Both the position numbers and the translations under genes were made by a program. This document shows, piece by piece, positions 30,077 through 40,654 of a stretch of 64,000 bases of DNA. Each line of letters opens with the position of its first letter. Within the stretch, counting starts at the first letter, position 1. Under the pieces are notes generated by a model that had not been told where the DNA came from, made no database searches, and worked only from the letters and a program-made list of their open reading frames with translations. The stretch is from a bacterium (GTDB lineage: Bacteria; Patescibacteriota; Minisyncoccia; Phycocordibacterales; UBA9973), in the NCBI GenBank assembly GCA_037143195.1, contig JBAWZD010000001.1:144892-208891 (forward strand). Reading direction: 5' to 3'.

Positions 30077-31789
30077 ATGAACAAAGTCATCAAAGAAATT
30101 CAAAAAGCGACGTCGGGCAAACGACGATACAAAAATCCGATGATTGAACCGGACGAGATTTTTCTCGATTCCAAAAATCTTCCAGATTTTGATACACAAC
30201 AGTTTGAAGGTCAGATGGAACGTCCGCTTGAGCGCCGAGCGCTCTTCGGTGTTGGAGTTGCGTTTTTGATTATTGCGATTATTTTCACCGGCAAATTGTG
30301 GTTGCTCCAAATAAAAAATACGGCGACGTACAAACATTTGGCTGAGAACAATAGTCTGTCGAGTGAGCCAATCTTTGCGTCGCGTGGAAACGTCTACGAT
30401 AGAAACAATGTACCGCTCATTTGGAATGACACACGCACAGACGATGCGCCGTGGGGCAAGCGTTCATATATCGCAAGTGCAGGATTTTCAAACTTGCTTG
30501 GCTATGTCGGGTATCCACAAAAAGACAAGTCGGGCAATTACTGGCAGACAGAAATGACGGGTAAAGATGGTGTGGAGAAAGCTTATGATCAAATGCTCGA
30601 CGGTACGAATGGTTCGACGATTGTCGAGCGTGATATCACCGGCAAAGTTCAAGGTGGCACGATTGTCGACGAACCAATCGCGGGCAAGAATCTCACGCTT
30701 ACTATTGATTCACGACTGCAAGCAAAAATGCAACAAGTGCTTGCCGACTATGTGAATCGCGCAGGCTTTCGAAGTGGTTCTGCTGTTATGATGGATGTGC
30801 GCAATGGAGATATCATTGCGATGACAAATGTTCCGGAATACGATTCGAATATAATGGCGAATGGGAGCAACTCTGCAAAAATCCATGAATATCTCAATGA
30901 CCCGCGCACACCACTTTTGAATCGAGCAATCTCGGGTTTGTTTACTCCAGGCTCAATTGTGAAGCCATACATCGCGCTTGAGGCACTCAAAGAAGGCGTC
31001 GTTACTCCGAGTACACTCATTTGTTCGTGTGGATCGATTACGGTTCCAAACCCGTATGATCCAGCGCACCCTGGTGTGTTTCGTGACTACAATCCGAATA
31101 ACGGTATCGTTGATATTCGCAAAGCGATCGCTATTTCCTCAAACATTTTTTTTATGGAAGTTGCGGGAGGATATCATGCACAAAAGGGAATTGGTATCGA
31201 CAATCTTGATATCGCACTCCAGCGTTTTGGCCTGACGAGTAAAACGGGTATTGATCTTGGCGGAGAACAGTCCGGAAATATTCCAAGTCCGGCATGGAAG
31301 GCGCAGAAATTCGCTGGGGAAAGTTGGCGTATTGGAGATACGTACAACACTGCGATCGGACAATACGGCGTAGTGGTCACTCCGCTTGAAATGGCACGTT
31401 CTGTCGCCGCCGTTGCGCGAAATGGTGTGCTCGTCACGCCACATGTTTTGAAAGACACGCCGACGACGGAAACCAAGATTACTGATGTACCTCCCGAAGA
31501 ATATACCGTCGTGCATGAAGGTATGCGCATGGGAGCGACGATTGGTACCGGAAAAATCCTTGCCGGACTTCCATTTACGGCAGGGTCAAAGACTGGTACG
31601 GCTCAGGTCGGATCGAATGCGCAATACGTCAATGCGTGGATGAATGCTTTTTTCCCATATGAAGATCCGCACTATGCTTTGGTCATCCTGACAGAACGTG
31701 GTCCCCAAAATGGACTTGGCGCATCGCAACATGTCGCGTATGATTTCTTGAGCTGGGTCGCACAGAATGCGCCGGAATATACAAAATAG
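30077..31789 (+). CDS. mrdA: Penicillin-binding protein 2
   Basis: RGNVYDRN, PGSIVK (SxxK), SSN, KTGTAQ. Confidence 0.88.
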   Translation: MNKVIKEIQKATSGKRRYKNPMIEPDEIFLDSKNLPDFDTQQFEGQMERPLERRALFGVGVAFLIIAIIFTGKLWLLQIKNTATYKHLAENNSLSSEPIFASRGNVYDRNNVPLIWNDTRTDDAPWGKRSYIASAGFSNLLGYVGYPQKDKSGNYWQTEMTGKDGVEKAYDQMLDGTNGSTIVERDITGKVQGGTIVDEPIAGKNLTLTIDSRLQAKMQQVLADYVNRAGFRSGSAVMMDVRNGDIIAMTNVPEYDSNIMANGSNSAKIHEYLNDPRTPLLNRAISGLFTPGSIVKPYIALEALKEGVVTPSTLICSCGSITVPNPYDPAHPGVFRDYNPNNGIVDIRKAIAISSNIFFMEVAGGYHAQKGIGIDNLDIALQRFGLTSKTGIDLGGEQSGNIPSPAWKAQKFAGESWRIGDTYNTAIGQYGVVVTPLEMARSVAAVARNGVLVTPHVLKDTPTTETKITDVPPEEYTVVHEGMRMGATIGTGKILAGLPFTAGSKTGTAQVGSNAQYVNAWMNAFFPYEDPHYALVILTERGPQNGLGASQHVAYDFLSWVAQNAPEYTK

Positions 31790-32812
31790 ATGCATACATT
31801 GGTCCGAATAATTGAAAACGAAAACGAGCGTGAGGCATTTGATGCGCTTGCGATTCATCCAATGCAAACATGGGCATGGGGTGATGTTCGCCAGACGACT
31901 GGTATTCGAGTCGTGCGGTTTGGTCGCTACCATGGAGATCGACTCGTCGCTTCATATCAGATGACGGTGCATAAGCTTCCCAAAATTTCATTTTTTATCG
32001 GGTATATTCCACGATCAGGAATTCCTGATGCCGAAACTGTTTCGTGGATTGCAGAGTGGGCACGCAAAGAAAAAATTGTTTTTATAAAATGGGAGCCATA
32101 CCAAGAAATCGGGTCGACTGCAGGTGGAGAGACACTCTCGAATCGATTCAGCACAATGCGTGTATCGCGTCACCCATTGTTTACGGAATGGAATCAGGAG
32201 ATCGATTTGCGTGGTACAACTGATGAGATTTTGAAACGATTCAAAAAGAATACTCGCTACTCGATACGCCATGCCGAACAAGTCGGCGTGACTGCTTGCG
32301 AGATGAGCACGGACGAAGGATTTCGCATATTCAGCGATTTATATTTCTCTACTGCTAATCGCCAAAAATATCACGGACACACGAGAAAATATCACGAAAC
32401 GATTTGGCGAATACTTTCGCGTGCGGGAATCGCACGAATTTTTGTTGCATACTACGAAGGTAAACCACATGCCGCGTATGAAATATTTTTTTGGCACAAC
32501 CGTGCGTACTATCCGTACAGCGGAAGTTCCTCGACGGACAGGCATATTCCCGCGACACAATATTTGATGTGGTATGTCGTCCAAGAAGCCAAAAAGTGGG
32601 GCGCAGAAACGCTCGACCTATGGGGGAGCTTACCAGAGACATACGACAAGAAGCACGCATGGGCAGGATTCACTTTGTTCAAAAGTGGCTTTGGAACACG
32701 CTTTGTGCACATGCACCCAAGCACGGATCAGGTGATTTATGGACTACTGTATCGTTTGTATTCGCTTGCGTACACACTTCGATCGCTCATTTGGAAGGGC
32801 GGAATTGTGTGA
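31790..32812 (+). CDS. FemABX-family peptidoglycan bridge aminoacyltransferase
   Basis: HPMQTWAWG, KKNTRYSIR.A, YYPYSGS, GFTLFKSGFG. Confidence 0.88.
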   Translation: MHTLVRIIENENEREAFDALAIHPMQTWAWGDVRQTTGIRVVRFGRYHGDRLVASYQMTVHKLPKISFFIGYIPRSGIPDAETVSWIAEWARKEKIVFIKWEPYQEIGSTAGGETLSNRFSTMRVSRHPLFTEWNQEIDLRGTTDEILKRFKKNTRYSIRHAEQVGVTACEMSTDEGFRIFSDLYFSTANRQKYHGHTRKYHETIWRILSRAGIARIFVAYYEGKPHAAYEIFFWHNRAYYPYSGSSSTDRHIPATQYLMWYVVQEAKKWGAETLDLWGSLPETYDKKHAWAGFTLFKSGFGTRFVHMHPSTDQVIYGLLYRLYSLAYTLRSLIWKGGIV

Positions 32813-32826
32813 TGGCATAAGGGTTT

Positions 32827-32910
32827 TTGACATCGTTCTCCATATCGAATATAATTTGTCGTCACTCAAATTTGCCCTCCTGCGATCCGTCGCTCGGTGG
32901 GCTTTCATTT
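32827..32910 (+). promoter_or_regulatory. greA promoter and leader hairpin
   Basis: TTGACA-N17-TATAAT (32827-32855); hairpin 32874-32902 followed by TTTCATTT. Confidence 0.65.
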
Positions 32911-32949
32911 GGCTGAAGTTCCCTTTACGAATCACTAATCTAGAATCAC

Positions 32950-33417
32950 ATGGACTCAGGAAAAAATTACATTACAACCGAAAAGCGCGCTGAGCTCGAA
33001 AAAGAGCTTCACTTGCTTCAGACCGAAAAGCGTAAGGAAATTCTCGAAGCGCTTGAATTCGCAAAATCACTTGGTGACCTTTCTGAAAACGCAGAATATC
33101 ATCAGGCACGCGAAGAGCAAGGCAAACTCGAAGAACGTATTTCTGCAATCGAACACATTCTCCGCAATTCAATCGTCATCAAAAAGCATCACTCAGGAAT
33201 CGTCGATGTTGGATCAACAGTCACCGTGCAAAAAGAAGGCGACAAGAACAAGCAAACATTCCAGATCGTCGGAAGTGAAGAAGCAGATTTTGCATCAGGA
33301 CGCATTTCAAACAATTCTCCACTCGGTATCGCGCTTCACGGCAAGAAGCCAGGGGACAAAGCTCACTTCAAGACTCCAAAAGGTGAGACTGTCTACAAAG
33401 TTATCAGTATTGAATAG
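32950..33417 (+). CDS. greA: Transcription elongation factor GreA
   Basis: GDLSENAEY, IS..SPLG.AL.G. Confidence 0.97.
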   Translation: MDSGKNYITTEKRAELEKELHLLQTEKRKEILEALEFAKSLGDLSENAEYHQAREEQGKLEERISAIEHILRNSIVIKKHHSGIVDVGSTVTVQKEGDKNKQTFQIVGSEEADFASGRISNNSPLGIALHGKKPGDKAHFKTPKGETVYKVISIE

Positions 33418-33421
33418 TAGC

Positions 33422-33452
33422 AAAAACCACCTTTCATTCGAAGGTGGTTTTT
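33422..33452 (+). terminator. Terminator after greA
   Basis: AAAACCACCTT..AAGGTGGTTTTT. Confidence 0.7.
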
Positions 33453-33468
33453 GCTATACTCGCCGTAT

Positions 33469-34926
33469 ATGGCATCAATCGAAGAACTTCGCGCAGAGAG
33501 ACTTGGAAAGCTTGAGAAATTGGCACAGGCTGGTATGGACGCGTATCCAGCGCGCGTAGCGCGCGACTATCCGCTCGACTATGTTCGCACTGAATTTACT
33601 GGACTTGAAACTTCGGGCAAAACATTCTCAATCGCGGGACGTGTTATGGCGATTCGCGGACAAGGCGCGATTTTGTTTGTCGTACTCGATGACGGTACGG
33701 CAAAATTCCAATGTGTATTCAAAAAAGACACGCTCGACGAGAAGCTCTTTTCGCTTTTTGAATCGACCGTAGACATGGGCGACTTCATTTCCGTTTCAGG
33801 AACATTTTTTACCACTCAGCGTGGCGAGCCGTCACTGCTTGCGACTGATTGGTCAATGGCTACAAAGAGTTTGCTTCCGCTTCCAGAAAAGTGGCACGGT
33901 ATCACAGACCCAGACGAGCGTTTTCGCAAACGATATCTTGATATTGTCATGAATCCTGAGCTCCGTGATTTGTTTTACAAAAAAGCAGAATTCTGGAAGG
34001 CTACGCGCAATTTCATGCTTGAACACGGCTTCCTTGAAGTTGAGACTCCAACACTCGAACTCACCACAGGCGGAGCTGAAGCAAATCCATTCAAGACATA
34101 TCACAAAGATTTTGATGTGAGTGTGTTCCTCCGTATCTCCATTGGCGAGCTCTGGCAGAAGCGTCTCATGGCAGCTGGATTTCCAAAGACATTTGAGATT
34201 GGACGCGCATATCGCAACGAAGGTACGAGTCCAGAACACTTGCAGGAATTCACCAACATGGAATTCTATTGGGCATACGCTGATTACAAAGATGGCATGA
34301 AGCTCACACAACAGCTCTACCAGAAAATCGCGCTCGATGTATTCGGCAAAACTGAATTCACCACCCGCGGTCACACCTTTGATCTCGCCGGAGAATGGCC
34401 TGTCGTTGAATACGTAGCTGAAATACAAAAACAAACTGGTATCGACGTACTCACGGCAAGTGTCGAAGACATGAAAGCCAAACTTGATATACTCAAAGTA
34501 AAATACGAAGGTACGAATCGTGAACGTTTGACTGATACACTTTGGAAATATTGCCGAAAGAATATCGCAGGTCCTGCATTCCTCGTGCATCATCCGAAAC
34601 TCGTTTCGCCACTCGCCAAGGAATCAAAAGAGCGTCCAGGTACGGTGGAGCGTTTTCAAGTATTGCTCGCTGGTAGCGAAGTGGGGAATGGCTTCAGTGA
34701 ATTGAACGACCCGATTGATCAGCGCGCCCGATTTGAGCTCCAACAGAAACTCCTCGAAGAAGGTGACGAAGAGGCAATGATGCCAGAATGGGAATTCGTC
34801 GACATGCTCGAACATGGTATGCCACCAACGTGTGGTTTCGGATTTGGAGAGCGACTCTTCGCGTTCATGGTAGACAAACCACTCCGCGAAACTCAACTTT
34901 TCCCTCTGATGCGTCCGAAGGAATAA
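33469..34926 (+). CDS. lysS: Lysyl-tRNA synthetase (class II)
   Basis: FLEVETP, YRNEG, EFTNMEFY, ELNDP, GMPP, LFPLMRP. Confidence 0.97.
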   Translation: MASIEELRAERLGKLEKLAQAGMDAYPARVARDYPLDYVRTEFTGLETSGKTFSIAGRVMAIRGQGAILFVVLDDGTAKFQCVFKKDTLDEKLFSLFESTVDMGDFISVSGTFFTTQRGEPSLLATDWSMATKSLLPLPEKWHGITDPDERFRKRYLDIVMNPELRDLFYKKAEFWKATRNFMLEHGFLEVETPTLELTTGGAEANPFKTYHKDFDVSVFLRISIGELWQKRLMAAGFPKTFEIGRAYRNEGTSPEHLQEFTNMEFYWAYADYKDGMKLTQQLYQKIALDVFGKTEFTTRGHTFDLAGEWPVVEYVAEIQKQTGIDVLTASVEDMKAKLDILKVKYEGTNRERLTDTLWKYCRKNIAGPAFLVHHPKLVSPLAKESKERPGTVERFQVLLAGSEVGNGFSELNDPIDQRARFELQQKLLEEGDEEAMMPEWEFVDMLEHGMPPTCGFGFGERLFAFMVDKPLRETQLFPLMRPKE

Positions 34927-34973
34927 CAAGCACAAAAACGAAAAGGGGATTACATAATTGATATGTAATCCCG

Positions 34974-35162
34974 CTAACGGCTAACAATTTCATTGTAAGA
35001 ATATCCGCCGAAAGGGTCGGTATCTTTCTCGGTTTCTGGGACCTGATTTTCATCAGGTTTTTCGTCGTTTTCCGAATTTGCTTCAGGAGCGTTTATCGGC
35101 TTGACCGGCCCATATATCAGCTCGGTATATTCTGTATCGCTTAGTAAACAAAAATTTCCCAT
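34974..35162 (-). CDS. Small acidic hypothetical protein
   Basis: 62-aa ORF with its own TTGACA..TAGAAT promoter and a downstream hairpin. Confidence 0.5.
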   Translation of the reverse strand: MGNFCLLSDTEYTELIYGPVKPINAPEANSENDEKPDENQVPETEKDTDPFGGYSYNEIVSR

Positions 35163-35295
35163 AATGTATTTTTTTGTAATTCTATAATTTTTTTACTATT
35201 TGTCAAAATTCTTGTTCAGGCTCGATATTTTCGTTTATATAAAAAGAAAACCACGTTTAATGCGTGGTTTCTTTTATTTGCTGATTTTTCAGCGA

Positions 35296-35601
35296 TTAGT
35301 CTACCCATTTGCCCACTACGAGTTCAGGGTTTGCGATTTCCAGCATATTGAGCTGGTCGACAGCATCTTCGTGGCTTATTTCCAAGGATGCCGAAGCCAT
35401 TTTCTTTGTCCAGACGTCTTCTGGGTAACAAAGCAGGGCGATGGCGTATGCCATGTCTGGCGATACGCTGTGCTCGTCTGTGAGATATTGCGTAATTGTA
35501 TTCACGCCGACAGTGTTTGTCTGGCTCTCATCATAGACACTACTCTTCAGGCGAATCGTCACACCGCCTGGGTAGTGCAAAACTGTTTTTACATTGCTCA
35601 T
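35296..35601 (-). CDS. Hypothetical protein
   Basis: 101-aa ORF with a TTGACA..TATAAT promoter and terminator at about 35242-35275. Confidence 0.6.
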   Translation of the reverse strand: MSNVKTVLHYPGGVTIRLKSSVYDESQTNTVGVNTITQYLTDEHSVSPDMAYAIALLCYPEDVWTKKMASASLEISHEDAVDQLNMLEIANPELVVGKWVD

Positions 35602-35726
35602 AATTCTCGATTTAAATCGATTATATATAATTTATAGAAATGTCAATAGCACGATGGTTCAAACTTTTGAGCCATTCGAAGGGCAGATCCAATCGAAAGT
35701 TATCCACCATTCACGTGCTTTGCGAA

Positions 35727-35773
35727 GTGGGACAAAGTGGAGTAAAATATGGAGTAAGTGGGGAATAGTGGGA
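35727..35773 (+). promoter_or_regulatory. MraZ operator repeats
   Basis: GTGG(G/A) at 35727, 35737, 35758 and 35768 (about 10-bp period) upstream of mraZ. Confidence 0.8.
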
Positions 35774-35808
35774 GAAAAGAAGAAATCGAATTTTAGCTGG
35801 AAAATACA

Positions 35809-36243
35809 ATGTTAATCGGAGAATACATCCACAGCATCGACGAAAAAAACCGAGTCTCACTCCCGGTCAAATTTAAGACCGAGCTCGGGAAGAAAGTCGT
35901 GCTTGCTCCAGGGCTTGATAATTCGATTTTCATGTTCAGTCTCGACGAATGGGAAAAGATTTCTTCCAAGCTCGCCGAGAATTCCATGCTTCAGGCAGAC
36001 AATCGTAGTTTCAACCGTTTTATGTTCGGAGGTGCTCAAGAGGTAGAGGTCGATAGTGCCGGGCGCATTCTCATTCCCGATTTCTTGAAAGCTCGTACAA
36101 AGCTTTCCGGTAAGGTCGCCATCATTGGTATCCAAAATCGTGCAGAAATCTGGAATGAGAGGGCGTGGGCAAAGTACAAGGCAGGCGTCGAGAGTCAGGC
36201 GGACACACTGGCAGAAAAACTCGGAAACGTCGGTGCTCTGTAA
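35809..36243 (+). CDS. mraZ: Division/cell-wall cluster regulator MraZ
   Basis: IDEKNRVSLP, DSAGRILIP, EIW. Confidence 0.96.
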   Translation: MLIGEYIHSIDEKNRVSLPVKFKTELGKKVVLAPGLDNSIFMFSLDEWEKISSKLAENSMLQADNRSFNRFMFGGAQEVEVDSAGRILIPDFLKARTKLSGKVAIIGIQNRAEIWNERAWAKYKAGVESQADTLAEKLGNVGAL

Positions 36244-36248
36244 TTTGT

Positions 36249-37136
36249 ATGGAACACGTCCCAGTCCTTTTACACGAGAGTATAGATGGTCTTCGTTTAT
36301 CCGATGGCGCAGTCGTCGTTGACGGCACGCTTGGCGCAGGGGGACATGCAAGTGAGATTGCTCGACGATTTGGCACAGCGGTGACTATCGTCGGATTTGA
36401 TCTTGACGCAGAGGCACTCGAGCTCGCGGGAGCGAGCGTCAAAAAGTCTGGTGGTACACTCGTTCCGATTCATGCGAACTTTCGCACAATCGTGAATGCG
36501 TGCGAACAGCATGGCTTCACAGAGATCGATGGCGCATTGTTTGATCTCGGCATCTCCTCAATGGAGATTGGCGAATCTGGTCGTGGATTTTCATTCAAGT
36601 ATGATGAACCACTGCTCATGACACTCGCGAATCCTATCACCGACGAGACACTCACTGCAGCAGAAGTCGTGAACGGCATGCGCGAGAACGAACTCGCCGA
36701 CATGATCTACAAGTATGGAGAAGAACGATTCAGTCGTCAGATTGCCAAAGCCATTGTTTTGGCTCGACGCAAAGCGAAGATTGATTCAAGTCTCCAACTC
36801 GCAGAAATCATCGCCGAGTCAGTTCCAGCTTCATACCGCAACGGACGAATCAATCCAGCCACAAAGACATTCCAAGCGCTCCGCATTTATGTAAACGACG
36901 AGCTCGGCGCCGCAGAAGAAGGTATCCGTGGTGCATGGCAATTGCTCAAGAAAGGCGGACGAATCGCAGTCATCACATTCCATAGTCTCGAAGATAGGCT
37001 GGTCAAAAATTTGTTCAAAGAACTCAAAGAAGACGGCGGACAGATCATCACCAAAAAACCTCTCATTCCAACTCGAAAAGAAATTGAAGAAAACAAAAGG
37101 TCGCGTAGTGCAAAGTTACGAATAATCGAAAAATAA
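36249..37136 (+). CDS. rsmH: 16S rRNA m4C1402 methyltransferase
   Basis: HVPVLL, DGTLGAGGH, DLGISS, FQALRIYVN, FHSLEDR, RSRSAKLR. Confidence 0.97.
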   Translation: MEHVPVLLHESIDGLRLSDGAVVVDGTLGAGGHASEIARRFGTAVTIVGFDLDAEALELAGASVKKSGGTLVPIHANFRTIVNACEQHGFTEIDGALFDLGISSMEIGESGRGFSFKYDEPLLMTLANPITDETLTAAEVVNGMRENELADMIYKYGEERFSRQIAKAIVLARRKAKIDSSLQLAEIIAESVPASYRNGRINPATKTFQALRIYVNDELGAAEEGIRGAWQLLKKGGRIAVITFHSLEDRLVKNLFKELKEDGGQIITKKPLIPTRKEIEENKRSRSAKLRIIEK

Positions 37137-37140
37137 TATC

Positions 37141-37485
37141 ATGAATACCGCATACAAAATCCAAGAGTTCGCACTTCCAAAACAACAGTACGTTAAACGT
37201 ATTGTGTACTTTGGTCTCGCAGTTCTCGCGCTTTCAATCAGTCTGTATGTTTACTTCGTCGGCAAAATTGTTTTCGATGTCGTTGGTCGTCGTACGGCAG
37301 AGGCAAGTGTTCGTGCTTCACAAAGTGAAATCAGTGCCAATTCAGCCAAGTATTTTGCTAAAATGAAAGATGTTGATATCGCGCAAGCAGCTGGACTCGG
37401 TCTCGCCGTATCAAACGACACGCTTTACGCTACACGTGCGCTCGCATCAATCAAAACAGCGAGTGTGGCTATGGCGCATGAATAA
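37141..37485 (+). CDS. ftsL: FtsL-like cell division protein
   Basis: Single TM plus coiled coil, located between rsmH and ftsI. Confidence 0.6.
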   Translation: MNTAYKIQEFALPKQQYVKRIVYFGLAVLALSISLYVYFVGKIVFDVVGRRTAEASVRASQSEISANSAKYFAKMKDVDIAQAAGLGLAVSNDTLYATRALASIKTASVAMAHE

Positions 37486-37490
37486 AGCGC

Positions 37491-39284
37491 ATGGCATCTT
37501 CGGGTAATACTATCAGTCACACACGACTCATTATCGTCCTATCAGCAATAGGACTTTTTGCATTACTCATCATTGCAAAATTGTTCTCACTTCAAATTAT
37601 TCACGGAGAGCAATTTTCTGAACGTGCCAATCGTCAGTATGCGCCATCATCAACTGCATCATTTGATCGCGGCAAAATTTTTGCAACAGCAAAAGACGGC
37701 AGTCTCGTTGAGCTCGCAAGCGTCACGCAAGGATTCAAACTTGCGATTGTTCCGAATGAACTTGTCGACAAAGAAGGTACATACAAAGCACTCTCGGGTA
37801 TCATTACGCTCGATCATGACACGTTTATGATGCATGCAAACAAGGCGAATGATCCGTACGAAGAAATTACAACGCATCTTTCGAAAGAAAATGCAGATGC
37901 AATCAAGGCGCTCAAGATAAAAGGTATTTATTTGTATCAAGATAGTTGGCGTTCATATCCAGCAGGCACGCTTGCTTCACAGGTAGTTGGCTTCGTCGGG
38001 TACAAGGGCAACATTCTCACCGGACGATATGGTTTGGAACAAGAATACAACGATGTATTGTCGCGAACTTCAAGTGGTCTGTATACGAATTTTTTTGCCG
38101 AAGTGTTTGATAATTTGAAAGATACATTCACGAGTAGTGAAGGGCAGGGCGATGTCGTCACGACGATCGAACCGACAGTCCAAGCATATCTTGAGCAATC
38201 GCTTCAAAGCGCAAAAAATAAATTTGTCGCAGACAAGGCTGCGGGAATCGTAATGGATCCTCACACCGGAGCTATCATTGCGATGGCGGGGCTCCCTGAT
38301 TTTGACCCCAACGAATATGGCAAAGTCGCTGACGTAAGTGCGTACAACAACCCTCTCGTCGAAAACGTGTATGAACTTGGATCGATCGTCAAAGGTTTGA
38401 CGATGTCTGCCGGACTCGATGCCAAAGTGGTCACACCTACAACGACCTATGACGACAAGGGATTTTTGATAATCGACAAAGCAAAAGTCAAAAACTTCGA
38501 TGGCAAGGGACGTGGTATTATTCCGATGCAGGAAGTATTGAACGAGTCGCTCAACACTGGTGCTGTATATGTGCAACAAAAACTCGGAAGAGATGCGTTT
38601 CGAAATTATTTTTATAAATTTGGTTTGAATTCAAAAACGGGAATCGATTTGCCGGACGAGGCGCAAAGTCTGGTGAAAAATCTGGAGAGTCCGCGCGATC
38701 TTGAATATGCGACGGCCTCATTCGGTCAGGGTATTGCGCTCACTCCAATCGATGCGATTCGTGCATTCAGTGCGCTTGCGAACAACGGCGTGCCCGTGAC
38801 TCCGCACGTCGCAAGTGAGATTCGCTATCCAGCGGGAACTTCGAAAACGATTACAGTGCCGACACTTGCGCCTGCAATCACACCTGATGCGGTGACCACA
38901 ATCGACCGGATGCTTGTCACTGCGTTCGACCAGAGTCCAGCAGGCAAGGCAGGCAAGAGCAAAAATGGAATGTGGAGTATCGCGGCGAAGACTGGTACCG
39001 CTCAAATATCGATGGAAAATGGTGGTGGGTACTACAGTGACAGGTATCTCCACAGTATGGTAGGGTATTTCCCAGCCTACGATCCGAAGTTCATTGTCCT
39101 GATTTATCTCTACAATCCTCGGAACGCGGGCACGCTCTTCTCCTCAGGAACAGTCGCGTACAGCATGGCCGATATTGCTAATTTTCTTCTAAACTATTAT
39201 CAAATCCCACCAGATAGACCGTCCGTGCCGGTACCGAATGTAACGACGACCAAAGCCTCGACGCAAGCGAAGAAGATGCAATAA
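37491..39284 (+). CDS. ftsI: Septal peptidoglycan transpeptidase PBP3
   Basis: ELGSIVK, SLN, KTGTAQ; dcw context. Confidence 0.88.
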   Translation: MASSGNTISHTRLIIVLSAIGLFALLIIAKLFSLQIIHGEQFSERANRQYAPSSTASFDRGKIFATAKDGSLVELASVTQGFKLAIVPNELVDKEGTYKALSGIITLDHDTFMMHANKANDPYEEITTHLSKENADAIKALKIKGIYLYQDSWRSYPAGTLASQVVGFVGYKGNILTGRYGLEQEYNDVLSRTSSGLYTNFFAEVFDNLKDTFTSSEGQGDVVTTIEPTVQAYLEQSLQSAKNKFVADKAAGIVMDPHTGAIIAMAGLPDFDPNEYGKVADVSAYNNPLVENVYELGSIVKGLTMSAGLDAKVVTPTTTYDDKGFLIIDKAKVKNFDGKGRGIIPMQEVLNESLNTGAVYVQQKLGRDAFRNYFYKFGLNSKTGIDLPDEAQSLVKNLESPRDLEYATASFGQGIALTPIDAIRAFSALANNGVPVTPHVASEIRYPAGTSKTITVPTLAPAITPDAVTTIDRMLVTAFDQSPAGKAGKSKNGMWSIAAKTGTAQISMENGGGYYSDRYLHSMVGYFPAYDPKFIVLIYLYNPRNAGTLFSSGTVAYSMADIANFLLNYYQIPPDRPSVPVPNVTTTKASTQAKKMQ

Positions 39285-39296
39285 TCCCTCAAATAT

Positions 39297-40592
39297 ATGA
39301 AATCATTTTTCAAAAAACTCATCACCGTCATCCTCACGTTCATCGCCAAAGGTATTTTGTGGCGACACAATCCACGCGTCATTGCAGTCACTGGCTCAGT
39401 CGGCAAAACGAGTACCAAAGACGCGATATATACCGTACTCAAAGGTCAGGGCAGTGTGCGTCGTAGTGACAAGAGTTTCAATAGTGAGCTTGGCGTTCCA
39501 CTTTCAATCATTGGCGCATCGAGTGGCTGGAATAATCCGTTTGCATGGCTTGGTGTCATCATGAGTGGTATTTTTCAAATTCTTGAGCCACGCGGAAGCT
39601 ATCCAAAAACACTCGTGCTTGAAGTTGGAGCAGATCGCCCTGGAGATATTAGTTCGATTGCAAAATGGATCAAGCCACACGTCGTCGTCATCACGCGACT
39701 CCCAGAAATTCCAGTACACATTGAATTTTTTCCAACGCTTGAATCTTTGATTGATGAGAAATTGTCTCTTGCCAAAGGACTTCGCAAAGAAGGCACGCTC
39801 GTCTTGAACGCAGACGATCATCGTGTACTCGCAGCGAAAGAAAAAATGCATGCAAAGACTGTCACGTATGGATTGAATCCTGATGCCGATATTCGTGCAA
39901 GTAACGTACAGTTGCTCGCCCCAGGTGAAATTTTTGCCGAAGGTGGCCTCACCTTTAAACTTGAATTCGATGGCAAGAGTTTGCCAGTCACGCTTCCCAA
40001 TATTTATTCCGAAACATTCGTTACGGTTGCGCTTGCAGCGCTCACTGTCGCAAATGTGTCTGATGTGAACATGATCGCTGCCATAGGCGACCTCGCACTC
40101 TACGAGACGCCACCTGGACGCGTACGATTGATCCCTGGTATCAACGAAACAGTCTTGATTGATGACTCATACAATTCGTCACCGACTGCATGTGAAGCTG
40201 GACTTCACATGCTCCGTGATATTCCTTTTGGCAAACGCAAAATTGCGATGCTCGGCGACATGCTCGAGCTCGGCAAACACACGAACGATGCCCATATCGA
40301 GGTGGGTCACGTCGCCAAAGAGTGCGCCGACGTTTTGATTACGGTAGGGCTTCGCGCAAAAGAATTTGCCGTCGGCGCCCGCAAAGCAAAGATGAGCGAA
40401 AAGAAAATCATCGAATGTACCGACGCAAAAGAAGCCGCCGAAATGTACGCAGAAATGCGCAAAGCAGGTGATATCGTTTACATCAAAGGATCACAAAGTA
40501 TGCGCATGGAAAACGCAGTTAAGATGCTCATGGCCGAACCCGAGAAAGCAAGCAAATTGCTCGTGCGTCAGGAGACTGAGTGGGAAGGATAG
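39297..40592 (+). CDS. murF: UDP-MurNAc-tripeptide--D-Ala-D-Ala ligase
   Basis: VTGSVGKTSTK, DDSYNSSP, GDMLELG, KGSQSMRME. Confidence 0.92.
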   Translation: MKSFFKKLITVILTFIAKGILWRHNPRVIAVTGSVGKTSTKDAIYTVLKGQGSVRRSDKSFNSELGVPLSIIGASSGWNNPFAWLGVIMSGIFQILEPRGSYPKTLVLEVGADRPGDISSIAKWIKPHVVVITRLPEIPVHIEFFPTLESLIDEKLSLAKGLRKEGTLVLNADDHRVLAAKEKMHAKTVTYGLNPDADIRASNVQLLAPGEIFAEGGLTFKLEFDGKSLPVTLPNIYSETFVTVALAALTVANVSDVNMIAAIGDLALYETPPGRVRLIPGINETVLIDDSYNSSPTACEAGLHMLRDIPFGKRKIAMLGDMLELGKHTNDAHIEVGHVAKECADVLITVGLRAKEFAVGARKAKMSEKKIIECTDAKEAAEMYAEMRKAGDIVYIKGSQSMRMENAVKMLMAEPEKASKLLVRQETEWEG

Positions 40593-40654
40593 CTAATTGC
40601 CTGCGTATAACATAAAAATCCCTTCCGAGATTTTTACGGATAGGGATTTTTGAT

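Noticed and set aside
32810-32812. Genetic code 25 (UGA read as Gly)
   Set aside because: Conserved genes are intact under code 11, and TGA ends the Fem gene at a plausible length.
35700-35708. DnaA box TTATCCACC as oriC
   Set aside because: Single 8/9 match with no cluster and no dnaA nearby.
36165-36248. N-terminal extensions in the ORF track (rsmH, pyrC, ABC ATPase, lytic transglycosylase, FAD oxidoreductase)
   Set aside because: They overlap upstream genes or promoters; downstream starts fit family N-termini or leaderless spacing.
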